A stretch of DNA of 64,000 nt from Mobula hypostoma (GCF_963921235.1 NC_086097.1:144214001-144278000); one strand, 5' to 3'; positions 40,241 through 54,432 are shown, numbered from the stretch's first letter. Made by a program: numbers and translations. Notes: generated by a model from the letters alone, not told the origin.

Positions 40241-43200
40241 CGTCGTGGCTATCCCTCGAGGTTGAGGCTGATGGTCTTCGTTCTGTTGATCTACTTATGG
40301 GTTCTCAAGTGGCTTATAAGTTCAATCTTGGCTTTGAAAGTTCTTCCGCATTCAGAACAGGTAGTTCCAGATGGCAGATCGGGCTTTGGTTGTTGCTGCC
40401 TCTCTTTCCATTTTCTTCTCTTTTCTTCTAATTCTGCACATCTGTTGGCTTCGAAAGTTGTTCCTTCTCGGATGATGGCCTGCCAGAGTTTCCTGTCCTT
40501 GGCATTGGTTTCCCAATTGTTGATGTCAATGTTACACTTCTTTATGTTGGCTTTTAAGATGTCTTTGAATCTCTTCTGTTGTCCACTTCTTTTACGTTTG
40601 CCTTCTTTATGCTGAGAGTAGAAGATTTGTTTCGGCAGACGTTCGTGTTTCATCCGAACAACATGACCGCTCCATCTTAGTTGGTTCTTGATGACGTAGG
40701 CTTCAATGCTTGTTGTTTTTGCTTCATTTAGCTTCATTGGTTCTTCTATCTTCCCAGCTGATATTTAAGATGTTTCGAAGACAGCGTTGATGGAACTTTT
40801 CAAGTGCCTGCAGATGTCGTCAGTATGTTGTCCAGGTTTCTGATGCATACAGGAGTGTTGGGATTACCACTGCTTTGTACACTGACAATTTGATGTCTGT
40901 TCGGATGTCACAATCATGAAAGACTCTTGTTCGGACATGTCCAAAAGCTGTTCCAGCGCATTTAAGATGATGTTGGATCTCATCATTAAGGTCGACATTG
41001 GGGGAGAGGTGACTTCCAAGATACGGAAAGTGGTCCACGTTTTCCAGGGTTGTTTCACCAAGTTGAATTGATGGTTCTATCCGATTTGTCTCAATTGGTG
41101 ACGGTTGATAGATGATCTGAATCTTCTTGGAATTGATGGTAACTCCAAGTTTCATGTATGCACGGTTGAAGGCAGTCAGAATCTGTTGTAGGTGGTTTTC
41201 TGAGAGAGCTGCAACACTGTTGTCATCTGCAAATTGGAACTCAATGAGGGAACTCGTGCATGTCTTCGTTTTGGATTTGAGACGGGCAAGATTGAAAAGT
41301 CTGCCATCTGTTCTGTAGACAATTTTGATTCCTGGGTGTAGGTCGTCCTTGATAATGTGGATGATTGTCGCAATGAAGATGGTGAACAAAGCTGGGGCAA
41401 TCACGCATCCCTGTTTTACTCCTGATCTAACTTGAAAAGGCTCACAGTTACTGTTGCTGACCATGACTGTGGCAAGCATGCCATCGTGGAGGAGTCTCAG
41501 GATTCGAATGTACTTTTCAGGGCATCCATAGGTGGATAGGACATCCCATTGGAGTTCCCTTGATACTGAGTCAAGGGCTTTGGTGAGGTTGATGAATGCC
41601 ATGTACAAAGGTTGAAGTTGTTCATGACATTTTTCTTGTAGTTGTCGCATTGTGAAGATCATGTCAATTGCTCCACGTGATGGTCTAAAACCAGCTTGTG
41701 TCTCCGGAAGGATCTTCTCAGCTAAAGGCTTGAGCCGGTTGTTCATGATGCGGGTGAGGATCCTTCCTGCTGTTGCTAACAGGGAAATTCCATGATAGTT
41801 TCTGCATTCGGATCAACCGCTTTTCCTTTTGTAGATGGTAATGATTGCTGAGTCTCTAAAGTTTGCTAGTACATCTTCATTTATCCAGATCTTGATGAGA
41901 AGTTGATGCAGTTGATAATGAATTGGGTTACCTCCAATTTTGTAGACCTCGGCTGGTATTCCATCGAGTCCAGCGGCCTTGTTGTTTTTCAACGTTTTGA
42001 TGGATTCCTTGACTTCTTCAAGTGTTGATATTTTGCTTAGGGAGTCGTCAATGGGCTGTTTTGGAATGCTGTTAATCACATTCCTGTCAAATGAGACAGT
42101 CTGATTTAGAAGATCTTCAAAGTGCTCCCTCCATCTCGAATTGATGTCAGCATTGCTCTTCAGGATGGTTGAACCATCTTTGCTTCTGAGAGGGGCTTGA
42201 CCATGCATGGATGGGCCAAAAATAGCTTTAATTGCATTGAAAAAGCCTTGAGTGTCATTGGCATCTGCTAGTTGTTGGATTTCCTGATCTTTCTTCCCCC
42301 ACCATTGGTTTTTCAGGTTTCGAGTGCTCTTCTGGACTGCAGCCTTGCATTCCCACTAGCGTTTCCTTTTGGTAGCCAATTGTTGGTCATTTTGTAAGGT
42401 AATGAAAGCTTTTCTCTTTTCGTCGATGAGTTGTTGGAGTAGTTTGTCGTTATCACCGAACCAATCCTGATGTTTTTTCATCTTGAACCCAATTGTTTCT
42501 TTGCAGGATGTGATGATAGCGTTCTTCAATTGATTCCAGTGTTCTTCTACAGATGGTGGGATTTGTTGAGGCAGTTGTTCTTGAAGATTTTATTGGAACT
42601 TCTGTACATGGCTGATGTCGTGAAGGATGTCAACATTAAATTTCTTAATAGTGTTCTGATTTTGGTGTTTCCTTTTGGGCCGAATCTTCACTCTCATGGT
42701 GGACGAGATGAGTCGATGGTCTGTCCAGCACTTGTCAGCACCAGTAACAGCTCTTGTTATCCGTACATCTTGTTGGTCCCTAGATCGTACGATGATGTAG
42801 TAGATGAGGTGCCAGTGTTTGGAGCGTGGATGCTGCCAGGAGACTTTACGCCTGTTTTTCTGGCGAAATAGGGTGTTTGTAATCACCAGGTTGTGTTCAG
42901 CACATTTGGTGAGGAGGAGTGTTCCATTGGCGTTGACCTTGTCAACTCCTTCCTTGCTTATTATTCCAGTCCAGAGCCTATGATTTTTCCCGACTCTGGC
43001 ACTGAAGTCTCCCAAAAGAATGATCTTGTCGTTGTTGGGAACAAAGGAAAGGACGTGGTCAAGTTGGGCGTAGAAGTTCATCTTTACTTCATCTTCAGCG
43101 TCCAGAGTTGGAGCATAGGCACTGATGATGGTGGCGTGTTGGTTCTTGACAAGCTGAATTCGCAGAGTCATGAGACATTCGTTGATTCCCAGTTGGTGCT

Positions 43201-44151
43201 CTGTCAGCTTCTGAAGTAGGCTGTTTCGGATGGCAAAACCTACTCCATGGATCCTCGATTGTTCAGGATCAAGTCCTTTCCAGAAAAAGGTGTATTGACC
43301 TTTCTCTTCCTTTAGTTGTCCTTCTCCAGCTCTGCGGGTCTCACTCAGAGTAATAATGTCAAAGGTGAATTTTTGGAGTTCCCGGGCAACAAAGTCAGTT
43401 CTCCTCTCTGGTCGGTCTGAGTTTGGGTTATCCATCAGAGTTCGTATACTCCAGGTTCCAAATTTCATAGTTTCACTTCTCGATGTTTTCCGACCACATG
43501 ATGGTGATCCCTCTGGATGCAGCTTTCCAGACAGGATGGGTTGAAGCAGACTATTTTTAGGGCACCTTTTCTAGCCCCTTCCCAGCACAGGGTGAACAGA
43601 GTGGATCCTAAATAGGGCTGCTCAGATGTGAATACTGCTGCCGAACAGCTTTCCTGCTTCTGTCCAAAAGTTGAGCGACTGAATCAAGTATTCACCTCTT
43701 TCGTGCCGGTTCTTGACTAGGAGCTTCCAGCCATCACATTGCTTGCTCCCGTCGCCCTCCCCGATCGCCGAAAGACTTAAAGAAGTGGCCCACAGAGTGA
43801 AGACACCTGTGCATGTATTTGTTTAACATGTACTTGATGTTGCACTCCAAGAAGCACACGATACTTCACAAATCAATCAACTGATTCCAATGGCATGGAA
43901 ACCACAACGATTGGAGCTGATGGATTTGTTGCAGCCTTCATCCACCTTCTCAGCCGTTGAGTTCGAAGTAACTTAATCCGTCTGTTCCACTGTTGAGGTC
44001 TTGATTGGATTGTTCTTTGTCAGGGACCTCACCCTCGACCTTACCGCCATGGGTGACCCTACCAGGAGCATAGCTCCAGACGGCACCGCTCTCAGGATCT
44101 CAGGACCACACAAGCCTCTCCACCATGACAAGGGACAATCCACGGAGAAGA
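40241..44151 (-). mobile_element. Full-length (~3.9 kb) RTE-clade LINE; single EN-RT ORF broken by stops and frameshifts
   Basis: AP endonuclease 43468-42590 (FGTWSIRTL, LSETRR, SAYAPT, LLGDF, TDHRL); RT (GLDGIPAE, QAGFRP, GVKQGCVIAP, FADD, YLGS); C-terminal CSECGRTFKAKIELISHLRTHK; candidate TSD GAGTTGAGTT (40231-40240) / GAGATGAGTT (44152-44161). Confidence 0.93.
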
Positions 44152-44203
44152 GAGATGAGTTACCCTTGTGCAGAAAGAGCTGGTCAATACTGCAGCAGAA
44201 GGT

Positions 44204-44798
44204 GGAATTCTACAGGGGTTGTATTGAGAGCATCCTGAGCAGCTGCATCACTGCCTGGTTCGGAAATTGCACCATCTCGGGTCGCAAGACCCTGCAGCGG
44301 ATAGTGAGGACAGCTGAGAAGATCACTGGGGTCTCTCTTCCCGCCATTACAGACATTTACACAACACACTACATCCGTAAAGCAAACAGCATTATGAAGA
44401 ACGCCACGTGCCCCTCATACAAACTCTTCTCCTTCCTGCCATCTGGCAAAAGGCACCGAAGCATTTGGGTTCTCATGACCAGACTGTATAACAGTTTCTT
44501 CCCCTAAGCCATCAGACTCTTCAATACCCAGAGACTGGACTGACACCAACCTACTGCCCTTTACTGTGCCTATTGTCTTGTCTATTATTTATTGTAATGC
44601 TTGCACTGTTTTGTGCACTTTATGCAGTCCTGGGTAGGTCTGTAGTCAAGTGTAGTTTTTGTGTTGTTTTACGTAGTTCAGTGTAGTTTTTGTATAGTTT
44701 CATGTAGCACCATGGGCCTGAAAAACGTCTCGTTTTTACTGTGTACTGTACCAGCAGTTATGGTCAAAATGACAATAAAATGTGACGACTTGATTTGA
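44204..44798 (+). mobile_element. Rex1-type LINE 3' end
   Basis: FYRGCIESILSSCITAWFGNC..LQRIVRTAEKI..LPSGKR; aataaa..gacttgatttga tail. Confidence 0.88.
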
Positions 44799-47700
44799 AA
44801 TATCATGCAACTTGAACTCTCAAAGGCATGAAGGTTATGGTCTGTCATTAAGGGGAGAAAATGTTTTTTAGAAACATCGCTGCCACCCCAGGAAATTAGG
44901 AAATCAAAAAGGTCAAAGAAACAATAGCCTTTTAAAATTTAGTTATTAACTCCCTGAATGTGGACATTGAAGGCAAGGCCAGAACTTATTTCTGAATTTT
45001 AATGGCTTCTTAAACTGCTGCAGTCACTCTTGTGACGATACCCCCACTGTGATGTTTGGTAGAGAAGTATAGATCTACAAAATGGCTTCTATGTTGAAAT
45101 GACTCAGCATACAGATCACATGATCAGTCCTACCCATCACTTAACCTCAATCCTAAATGCTGACATGATCACTAACCATTCCCCAGGTTACCTTCCAACC
45201 CACTCCCCTTGTTCTTTAAGTTGCTTAATAGTACTGATCTTCTCATTTTTGCTGAACCCTTGGACCAGCCCTCTTTCGCAGACATTATATTGTTATCCAT
45301 TTCTGTAGCCTGTCTGGTGCTGGGCCATCATACACGATCAACTGGTGCATTGTCTACTGACCACTCGAGGAGTTATTACAACTATCCTACAATTTGTGAA
45401 CACAAACCACTGGGACAACAAAAGCAAATCATGCAAACAGCTGAAGTGAACAACAACAACAGCATTCCGAATCAAATTGAGTTCTTAGGTCAATTTTCAA
45501 AGTAAGTTTATTATCAAAGTATGTACTGTATATGTTACCATATGCATACAGTGAAATTAATTTTCTTTTAGGTGTTTACATGGAAAAGAGAAATACAATA
45601 GAATGTGCGGTAATTTGCCCCACTCATATGATGAACTGAATACCGAGTCTTTGGGCCTACTCCGGGCTGCTCCAGGGATTTGGATCTAAGAGCTCAATTT
45701 GATTCGGAATGCTATTGTTGTTGTTGCTCACTTCCACTGTATGCATGATTTCTTTTTTTCTCTTTCTCTGTGCGCATTGGGGGTTGGTCTTTTTTTAAAT
45801 CGGGTTCTTTCGGGTTCGTTGCTTTGCGACTGCCTGTAAGCAAAAAAAATCTCAGGGTTATATAATTTATACACTCTTCGATAATAAATGTACTTTGACT
45901 GACAAAAAACCAATGTGTAAAGAATGACAAAAACTGTGCAGATAAAAATAATACAGAGAACATGAGTCATACCTGTGAGTCGAGAGATACCCAGTAATGC
46001 AGACAAGTGTCAAGGTTCCAAAATGTGCAGAAGATCCATGGCCTAAGTATCAAGGAAGGAACAAATGGAGAATCTTGCCAAAAATGGTGTTAAATGCAAT
46101 CACCTTCCAAGGGGCAAAGCAGTTTACAAGCTAATAACACACAAAATGCGGGCTAGGCAGCATCCTTGGAGAGGAATAAGCAGTCATTTTAGACCCTTCA
46201 TCAGAATGGAAAAGCAATGGGGACAAAGCCAGAGTAATGGGGCCGAAGTTTGTAATGCATGAGCTGCTTCAGGGGTTATAATGCCAGATGTCAACCAAGA
46301 GTAACATCTTTTTGTAAGAAGTTGCTGGTTACCTGAATCTTTTTTTTGATTCGGTAAAAACATTTCTCAACTCTCCCATACCATTACAGCAAAGTACTTC
46401 CTTCTCTGGTCTAAGCTAATCAAAGTTAATCCCCATGTCACCTCTGCCCCGCCCCCAACCACCCTTCAGACAAATTCTAACTTTTGCAATTTTAACTTCA
46501 ACCTCTGATGAAAACAAAGCAATAAACAACTCCAAAATGTGAAAGACATTTCAATGAAGGCAGGAGTATGGGTAGTAATTAGGCTGTAAAATGAACAAGG
46601 GACAGTTTGGATGATAACCACGGCAGATTCCTGGGGCTGAAATGAGCCAGACTCTCAGCTTGTAAGCACAGGGTGAGAAACGCAGCAGGAATTCAAAGCC
46701 TTCCTTTTGTGTAGTAATTACTGTATCTACCTAGGTAGCTGAATGTTCTGCTAATGATACCTGTTAGGATCTGTCTGGATGATAACCCTTCAGGTTTCTT
46801 TTTACCTTCAATTATCTCATTCCATTGTCCAGTTTCAGGTTCCCAGTCAGCGAGGCTTATAAACCCCTCTTCTAATTCTTCATAGGTAGCTCCTTGGGTC
46901 TGATGGTCTGTTTCCACTCTGGCTTTGTAGACTCCAAGGCGACTGATTTGCCTCATAAGCAGGTACATAAGAGACGTTTAGGTAGCATATGGATGGTAGA
47001 AACATGGGGAGCTATGTGAGAGGGAAGAGCAAAATTGATCTTAGAGTAGGTTAAAAGTTGGCACAACTTTGTGGGCCAAAGGGCCCCTACTGTGTTGTAC
47101 TGTACTATATTCTATAGAATCAGGATCAGAGTCAGCATATCACTGGCATATGTTGTGAAATTTATTAACTTTTAATGCAGAGGACAAAAGCAAATGCATT
47201 TTGGGTGACTGCATTCAGTATATATCATCGACCCTGAACTTCCCATTGTCTCTCATTCCATTCTGACCTCTCAACCTGTGGCCTCCTGTGTTATTGTAAT
47301 GAGGCCCAATTATCTTCCACCTGCAGCCTTCAGGAGGATGAGCCAAGTAAGGGAATCTTAACTGTGCAGCATTGGTGACCTTCATTGGGAGTCAATATAT
47401 ATCTGCAAGATGAGTGAATGGGATTTGTCTGTGGAGTTTTGGATCAACTCATGTTTAAGCAGGGTAAGCTGAGCAGGGGAAACAGAGCATAGTCATTTGG
47501 AATTGTTCCAGCAAACCTGTGCGTAATCTTCCATTGTGTGGGAAAAGGGGCCTTTCCACCAACATATATTACACAGAGATCATTACACAGTGTAGATGGC
47601 AGTCCCCTGCACTGGCCTGAAGCATAATTGGTTATATTTAGACATGAATTCCCTAATGATCCTTCATATTTCAGCTTGGACTTTTGAAATGACACAAGAT

Positions 47701-49159
47701 GAAAAGACCTCAAGCTTACTTCAAAGCATGAAGGCGGTCTGTCCAGCTGTGACTAATTACTAGACTGTTCCTTGTAATCACTGGCTGAAACCAATGACAA
47801 ATAGATGCATTTAGTTACATGTCAATACATAAGAGGGATGGAAAGAAAGGGAGGTGGGTACTTTGACACCTAATGCAAAGTGGAGCCTTCTTCAAGGTTA
47901 TTAGAGTTCCTACAGGGTTTGGCAAGTTGTACAAGAAAGAGAGGAGCTTTGTAATTGTGTCTCTGTGTTTTAAAATTAGAGAAAAATGCTTTTGATGAGA
48001 GCTACAGATACAGGGCAACGAATGGGGTACTTGACTCATTGTCCTTCCCTCTGGTGATTATACGGTTCAGGTAAAAGCAATGTAAATCTTTTCTAAAGAA
48101 TCCTTGCCACTATTCTGTGGATGCTTTCATTTTTTAATATATTGATACAAGATAGACAGCTGGAAAATTTAGCACAGCACACAGACACAATCAACCACCA
48201 CAATTTCTTAGTTATTATAATCTCAGAAATGTGGACAGTGACCCAAGCACGGTCAGCTAAAATGCTGAAACTAGTCCACATAAAAAGAAAATAGAACTGA
48301 TGACCACAAGCTTGCTCAAGAAGTCAATGAGAGTAGGGGGCAGTTCCCCAATTTATAAAATGCCTTCCCAATGTATTAATTTAATTGGAAATGTAACACA
48401 AGTGAGTACAATTTTAATGTACAGGCAATCTTGTAAATGCTACGATGAGCATCATTAACTAGGGTTAGCAATTAATAACTATTTTTAGTTAATAGTAACA
48501 GTGATGAATACTATCATTACTATCAATCATAAGAATTACAGTCACCACAGCTCTCCATGATTACTAGCAATAATGCTATCAGTCACAGTATCCACATATG
48601 AGTAATTGGGAATTTTAATATGGCAATGCACTACTCACAGGTAAATAAAATGAGTGAAAAAAACCTGTTTGGACATGTGATCTCACGGTTATGGGTTGTG
48701 AACTTTAAACCTTATATATGCTTTTTGATGGAATAGTAAGATCGTAAGCAATGTGTGAGTGTTTTTCATCATTACATGTCCTTCCTTGTTCAGTGAAGGT
48801 AGTTAATCTTCATTAAGTAAACAAACATAATGAAGAACATTTATTTGCAATATCTCTAGGAATGTAAGATATTTCCTCTCCCCATTAATACAACCTGACC
48901 TGCTGCACATGTCCTACAGCCCTGTAATTTGTCTCTTTTCATGTCTGTCTGTATTCTCACTCTCTGGCTGACCTTCCCTCATATCTTTATTTCCATATTT
49001 TCTCTCTTTACCTGCCCCCATCAGCAAGATGGCCTCCACATTCGGCTGCAAAGCTACTTCTACATTCAAGGTTGCTGTCACCAACATGGCAGCACAGGTA
49101 GTCACAGTGACAAAGATGGCATTTGGCAGACTGCCCCTCATGGTGCTGAGTACAGGGGT

Positions 49160-52100
49160 TGAAAGAGCAGAATTAGGCCATTTGGCCCATCAAGTGTGCT
49201 CTACCATTCCATCATGACTTATTTATTATCACTCTCAACCCCATTCTCCTGCCTTCTCCCCATAGCCTTTGATGTCTTGACAAATCAAGAACCTACCAAA
49301 CTCAGCGTTATATGTACACAACGACTTAGCCTCCACAGCCATCCGTGGCAATGATTTCCACAGATTTGCTACCTTCTGACTAGAAGAAATTCCTCATCTC
49401 TGTTCTAAATGGATGCCTCTCTATTCTGAGACTGTGCACACTGGTCCTAGACTTCCCCCACTATAGGAAATATCTCTCCACATCCACTCTATCTAGGCCT
49501 TTCAATATTCAATAGGCTTCAATGGGATTCCCCTCATTCTTCTAAAATCCAGTGAGTACAGACCCAGAGACATCAAATGCTCCTCATGCATTAATTCTTT
49601 CATTTCCAGAATCACTCTTGTAAACCTCCTCTTGAACCTTTTCAATGCCAGCACACCTTTTCTAAGACAAAGGTCCAAAAATTACTCACAATACTCTAAG
49701 TGCAGTCTGACCAATGCCTTTTAAAGCCTCAACATTATATCCTTGCATTTATACTTTAGTCCTCTCAAAATTAGTGCTAACTTTACACTTCCTTCCTTAC
49801 CACTGACTCAACCTGCAGGTTAACCTTTAAAGAATCCTGCATGAAGACTCCTAAGTCCCTTTGCACCTCTGAGTTTTGTATTTTCTCCCCATTCAGAAAA
49901 TAGTCCACACCTTTATTTCTTCTAGCAGAGTGCATGGCCATACAGTTCATTACACTAGATTCCATCTACCACTACTTTGCCCATTCTCCCAATCTATCCA
50001 AGTCCTTCTGCAGATTCCTTGCTTCCTCAACACTACCTGCGCCTCCACCTATCTTTGTATCATCTGCAAACTTGGTCAGAATGCCATCACGTCCATCATC
50101 CAAATATTTGTTATATCACTTGAAAAGAAGTGTTTGCAGCACCATTGCCTGTGGAACATCACTAATCACCAGCAGTCAACCATAACAGGTCCCCTTTATT
50201 TCCACCCTTTGCCTCCTGCCAACCTTCTGTTCATGCTGGTATCTTTCCTGTAGTACTATGGGTTCTTATCTTGTTAAGTAGCCTTATGTGTAGTACCTTG
50301 TTGAAGGCTTTCTGAAAATCTAAGTAAACAACATCCACTGACTCTCCTTTGCCTATCTTTTCTGTTATTTCCTCAAAGAATTCCAACATATTTGTCAGGA
50401 AAAATTTCACTGCAAGGAAACCATGCTGACTTTAGTCTATTTGTTATGGGCCTCCAAGTACCCCAAAATTTCATCTTTGATAATGGACTCCGACATCTTG
50501 TCAACCACTGAAGTCAGACTAACTGGCCCTTAATTTCCTTTCTTCTACCTCCCTCTCTTCTTAAAGAGTGGAGCAACATGTGCAATTTTCCAGTCCTCTA
50601 GAAACATTCTAGAATCCAATGATTCTTGAAAGATCATTACTAATGCCTCCACAAGCTCTTCAGCTACCTCTTTCAGAACCCTGGGCTGTTGCCCATCTGG
50701 TCTAGGTGACTTATCTACCTTCAGACCTTTCAGCTTCCCAAGTGCCTTCTCCTTAGTAATAGCAACTACACTAACTACTGACCTCTGACACTCTCGAAAT
50801 GTTGGCATTCTGTTAGTGTCTTTTGCAGTGAAGACAGATAGGAACGTAGAAACATAGAAGACCTACAGCATAATACAGGCCCTTCAGCCCACAATGCTGT
50901 GCTGAACATGTACTTACTTTAGAAATTACCTAGGGTTATCCATAACCATCTATTTTTCTAAGCTACATGTACCTATCCAGGAGTCTCTTAAAAGACCCTA
51001 TTGAATCTGCCTCCACCACCGTTGCCGGCAGCCCATTCCAAGCACTCACCAATTCTGCATAAAAAAACTTACCCCTGACATCTCCTCTGTACCTACCTCC
51101 AAACGCCTTAAAAACATGTCCTCTTGTGCTAGCCATTTCAGCCCTGGGAAAAAGCCTCTGACTATCCACATGGTCAATCCCTCTCATCATCTTATACACC
51201 TCTATCAGGTCACCTCTCAACCTCCGTCACTCCAAGGAGAAAAGGTGAGTTCACTCGAACTACCCTCATAAGGCATGCTCCCCAATCCAGGCAACATCCT
51301 TGTAAATCTCTGCACCCTTTCTATAGTTTCCACATCCTTCCTGTAGTGAGGTGACCAGAACTGAGCACAGTACTCCAAGTGGGGTCTGACTGTGTCCTAT
51401 ATGGCTGTAACATTACCTCTCAGCTCTTGAACTCAATTCCATGGTTGATGAAGGCCAATGCACTGTATGCCTTCTTAACCACAGAGTCAACCTGCGCTGC
51501 AGATTTGAGTGTCCTATGGACTTGGACCTCAAGATCCCTCTGATCCTCCACACTACTAAGATGAGAAATACTTATTAAGTTTGTCCACCATTTCTTTGTA
51601 CCCCATTACTACCTCTTCAGATTCATTTTCTAATTGTCTGATATCCACTCTTGCCTCTGTTTTACAATATATAGATCTGAAAAAAGCTATTTGACTATTT
51701 GTGTCCTCTTATATTATTGGTTACCTTGCCTTCATATTTTATCTTCTCTGTCTTTATGGTTTTATTAGTTGTCTTCTTCTGGCTTTTAGAAGCTTCCCAA
51801 TCCTCTCACTTCTCACTAATTTTTGCTGTATTATGACTTCTCTTTTGATTTTATGCTGTCTTTGACTTCCCTTGTTAGCCATGGTTGTGGCATTCCCTTT
51901 CAAGAATACTTCTTCATCTTTGGGATGTATAATATTTAAATATTAAATATTTAATACTTACTATCGATTTGTAATCCAGGGAGCGGGAAGCACAGAATCA
52001 AATATCGCTATGATGATTGTACGTGCTAGTATCAATTGTTTGGCGATAATAAAGAATAAAGTATGAAGTATATAGTATCTATCCTGTACCTTCTGAAATT

Positions 52101-53165
52101 CACCCAGAAATTCGAGCCATTGCTGTTCTGCTGTCATCCCTGCTAGTGTCCTCCAGTTAATTTTGGCCAGCTCCTCTCTCCTGCCACTGTATTTCCCTTT
52201 ACTCTACTATAATATAGATACATCTTACTTTAGCTTCTCCCTCGCAAACTGCAGGATGAATTCTATCATATTATGATCACTGTCTCCTAAGAGTTCCTTT
52301 ACCTTAAACTCCCTAATCAATTTTGGTTCATTACATGACACTGAATCCAGAATTGCTGTTCTCATAGTGGGCTCAACCACAAACTTCTCTAAAAGCCATC
52401 TCATAGGCATTCAACAAATTGCACCTCTTGGAACCAGCACCAACCTAATGTTCACATTACTCTTTTGCATATTGAAATCCCCCCTGACTATTGTAACATT
52501 GCCCTTTTTACATACCTTCTCTATCATCCATAGTAATTTGTATCCCATATCCTGGCTACTGTTTGGAGTACACCAGGGTCTTTTTAACTCTGCAGTTTCT
52601 AAACTCTACCTATAAGGATTCTACATCTTCCAATCCTACGTCACCTCTTTCTAAGGATTTGATTTCATTTTTTACCAACAGAGCCTCCCCATCCCCTTTG
52701 CTTACCTGTCTGTTCTTTCGAAACAATGTGTATTCTTGGACGTTAAGCTCCCTATTATGATCTTCTTTCAGCCATGACTCAGTGATGCCCACAACATCAT
52801 GCCTGTCAATCTCTAACTGTGCTACAAGATCATCTACCTTATTTCAAAAACTGTGCATTTAAATATAATGCCTTCAGTCCTGTGTTCATCACCCATTTCG
52901 ATTTTGCCCCGTGTTGCATTCCAACTCACCCCACTGACTGCAACCTTGGCCTATCATCTGCCTGTCCCTCCTCACGCTCTCCTTACACACAGTATCTGCT
53001 TTATACCATTGCCCCATCCTTAGCCCTATCACTTTGTTTCCTACCCCACTGCCAAACTACTTTAAACCTTCACTAACAGCTCTAGCAAACCTGCCTGCAA
53101 GGTTTTTGGTCCCCCTGGGGTTCAGGTGTAATTCGTCCATTTTGTGCAGGTTATACCTTCTCAGA
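49160..53165 (-). mobile_element. Long degenerate CR1 LINE with nested insertions
   Basis: GITESWL, LGDSDHNMIEF (endonuclease); KVDKSPRPDG..EDWKIAHVAPLFKKRG (RT); YFLNGEKIQ..QRDLGV; 3'UTR at 49160. Confidence 0.9.
50841..51562 (-). mobile_element. Younger CR1 3' fragment nested in the long CR1
   Basis: ORF 50963-51220 closely matches the 20586-21062 family; host sequence resumes on both sides. Confidence 0.88.
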
Positions 53166-53184
53166 AGGAACATTAAATGTTCAA

Positions 53185-54432
53185 TGAGCTAGGGTTTTCC
53201 TCTGGAGTGAAGAAGGACGAGAGGTGATTTCATAGATGTATACATCTTGATAAGAGACATAGATGGTATAGATAGCCAGAGTTTTTTTCCCAGGAAAGAA
53301 ATAGCTAAGACATTGGGGCATAATTTTAAGTTCAAAGTTGAAAGCACATCTATTATCAAAGTAGCTATTCAATAAGCAACCTTGAGATATGTCTTCCTGC
53401 AGGAAGTAACAAAGCAAAGAAACACAATAGAAAGCATTAAAAAAAAATGACACACAACAAAGACCATCAAACACCCAATGTGTAAAAAAAGAGCAAACTG
53501 TACAAACAATAATAAAGTAAACAAATAACACAGAAAATGAACAGCAGAGTCATTGAAAAAGAGTCTACAGACATGGAGCCAGTTCAGTGCTGAGGTGTGT
53601 GAAGTTGGTCCAGGAGCCCAATGGCAGCAGGCCACAGCAAATATCGAGGGGATGTCAGAGGTAAGTTTTTTCACTCAGAGCATGTGAACGCATGGAACCA
53701 CCTGTCAGGGGTGTGGTGGTGGCAGATACAATAGGAAAATTTATGGGACTCTTAGATAGGCACATGGATGACAGAAAAATTGGGGGCTATGTATAAGGGA
53801 AGGTTTAGATTGATTTTAGAGTAGATTACGAGGTCAGCACAGCATCATGGGCTGAAGGACCTGTACTATGCTATAATGCTCCATATTCTATGTCACAGAT
53901 TTACAAGATGTTGTAATCTGCCAGTTTTGGTTACTCCTTTATAGGAAAGATGTCATAACGCTGGAAGGAGTGCAGAGTGTTGCCAGGACTGAAGGGTTTA
54001 AGTTACAGGGAGAGCTTGAATAGGCTGCAGCTTTATTCCTTGGGGTGTAGGAGACTGAGCAGTGGACTTATTGGGGGTATTTAACATCATAAGGGGTATA
54101 TATGAGGGGGTGAATGCACACAGTCTTTTTCCAAGAAAATAGGAGTAAATAAATAGAGGGCATAGGTTTAAGGTTAGAGAGGAAAGATTTAAAAGTGACC
54201 TGAGGTGCAATTTCTTCATGCAGAGGGTGGTACATATATGGAACAAGGTACCAGAAGTGGTTGAGGCAGGCACAATAACAAAATTTAGAGAGGTGCATTA
54301 TTAGGAAAAGTTTAGATGGATGTAGGTCAAATGTGGGCAATTGAGATTAGCTTAGATGGGCATCTTGGTTGGCATGGGTGAATTGGACAGAAGGCACTGA
54401 TCTAATGCTGTATTACTCTCTGACTCTTATGA
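53185..54432 (+). mobile_element. Two tandem CR1 3' fragments, the first split by a minus-strand Rex1-type tail (~53329-53635)
   Basis: gagaggtgatttcataga..gggcataattttaag | ggggatgtcagaggtaag..; second copy at ~53915-54432. Confidence 0.75.
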
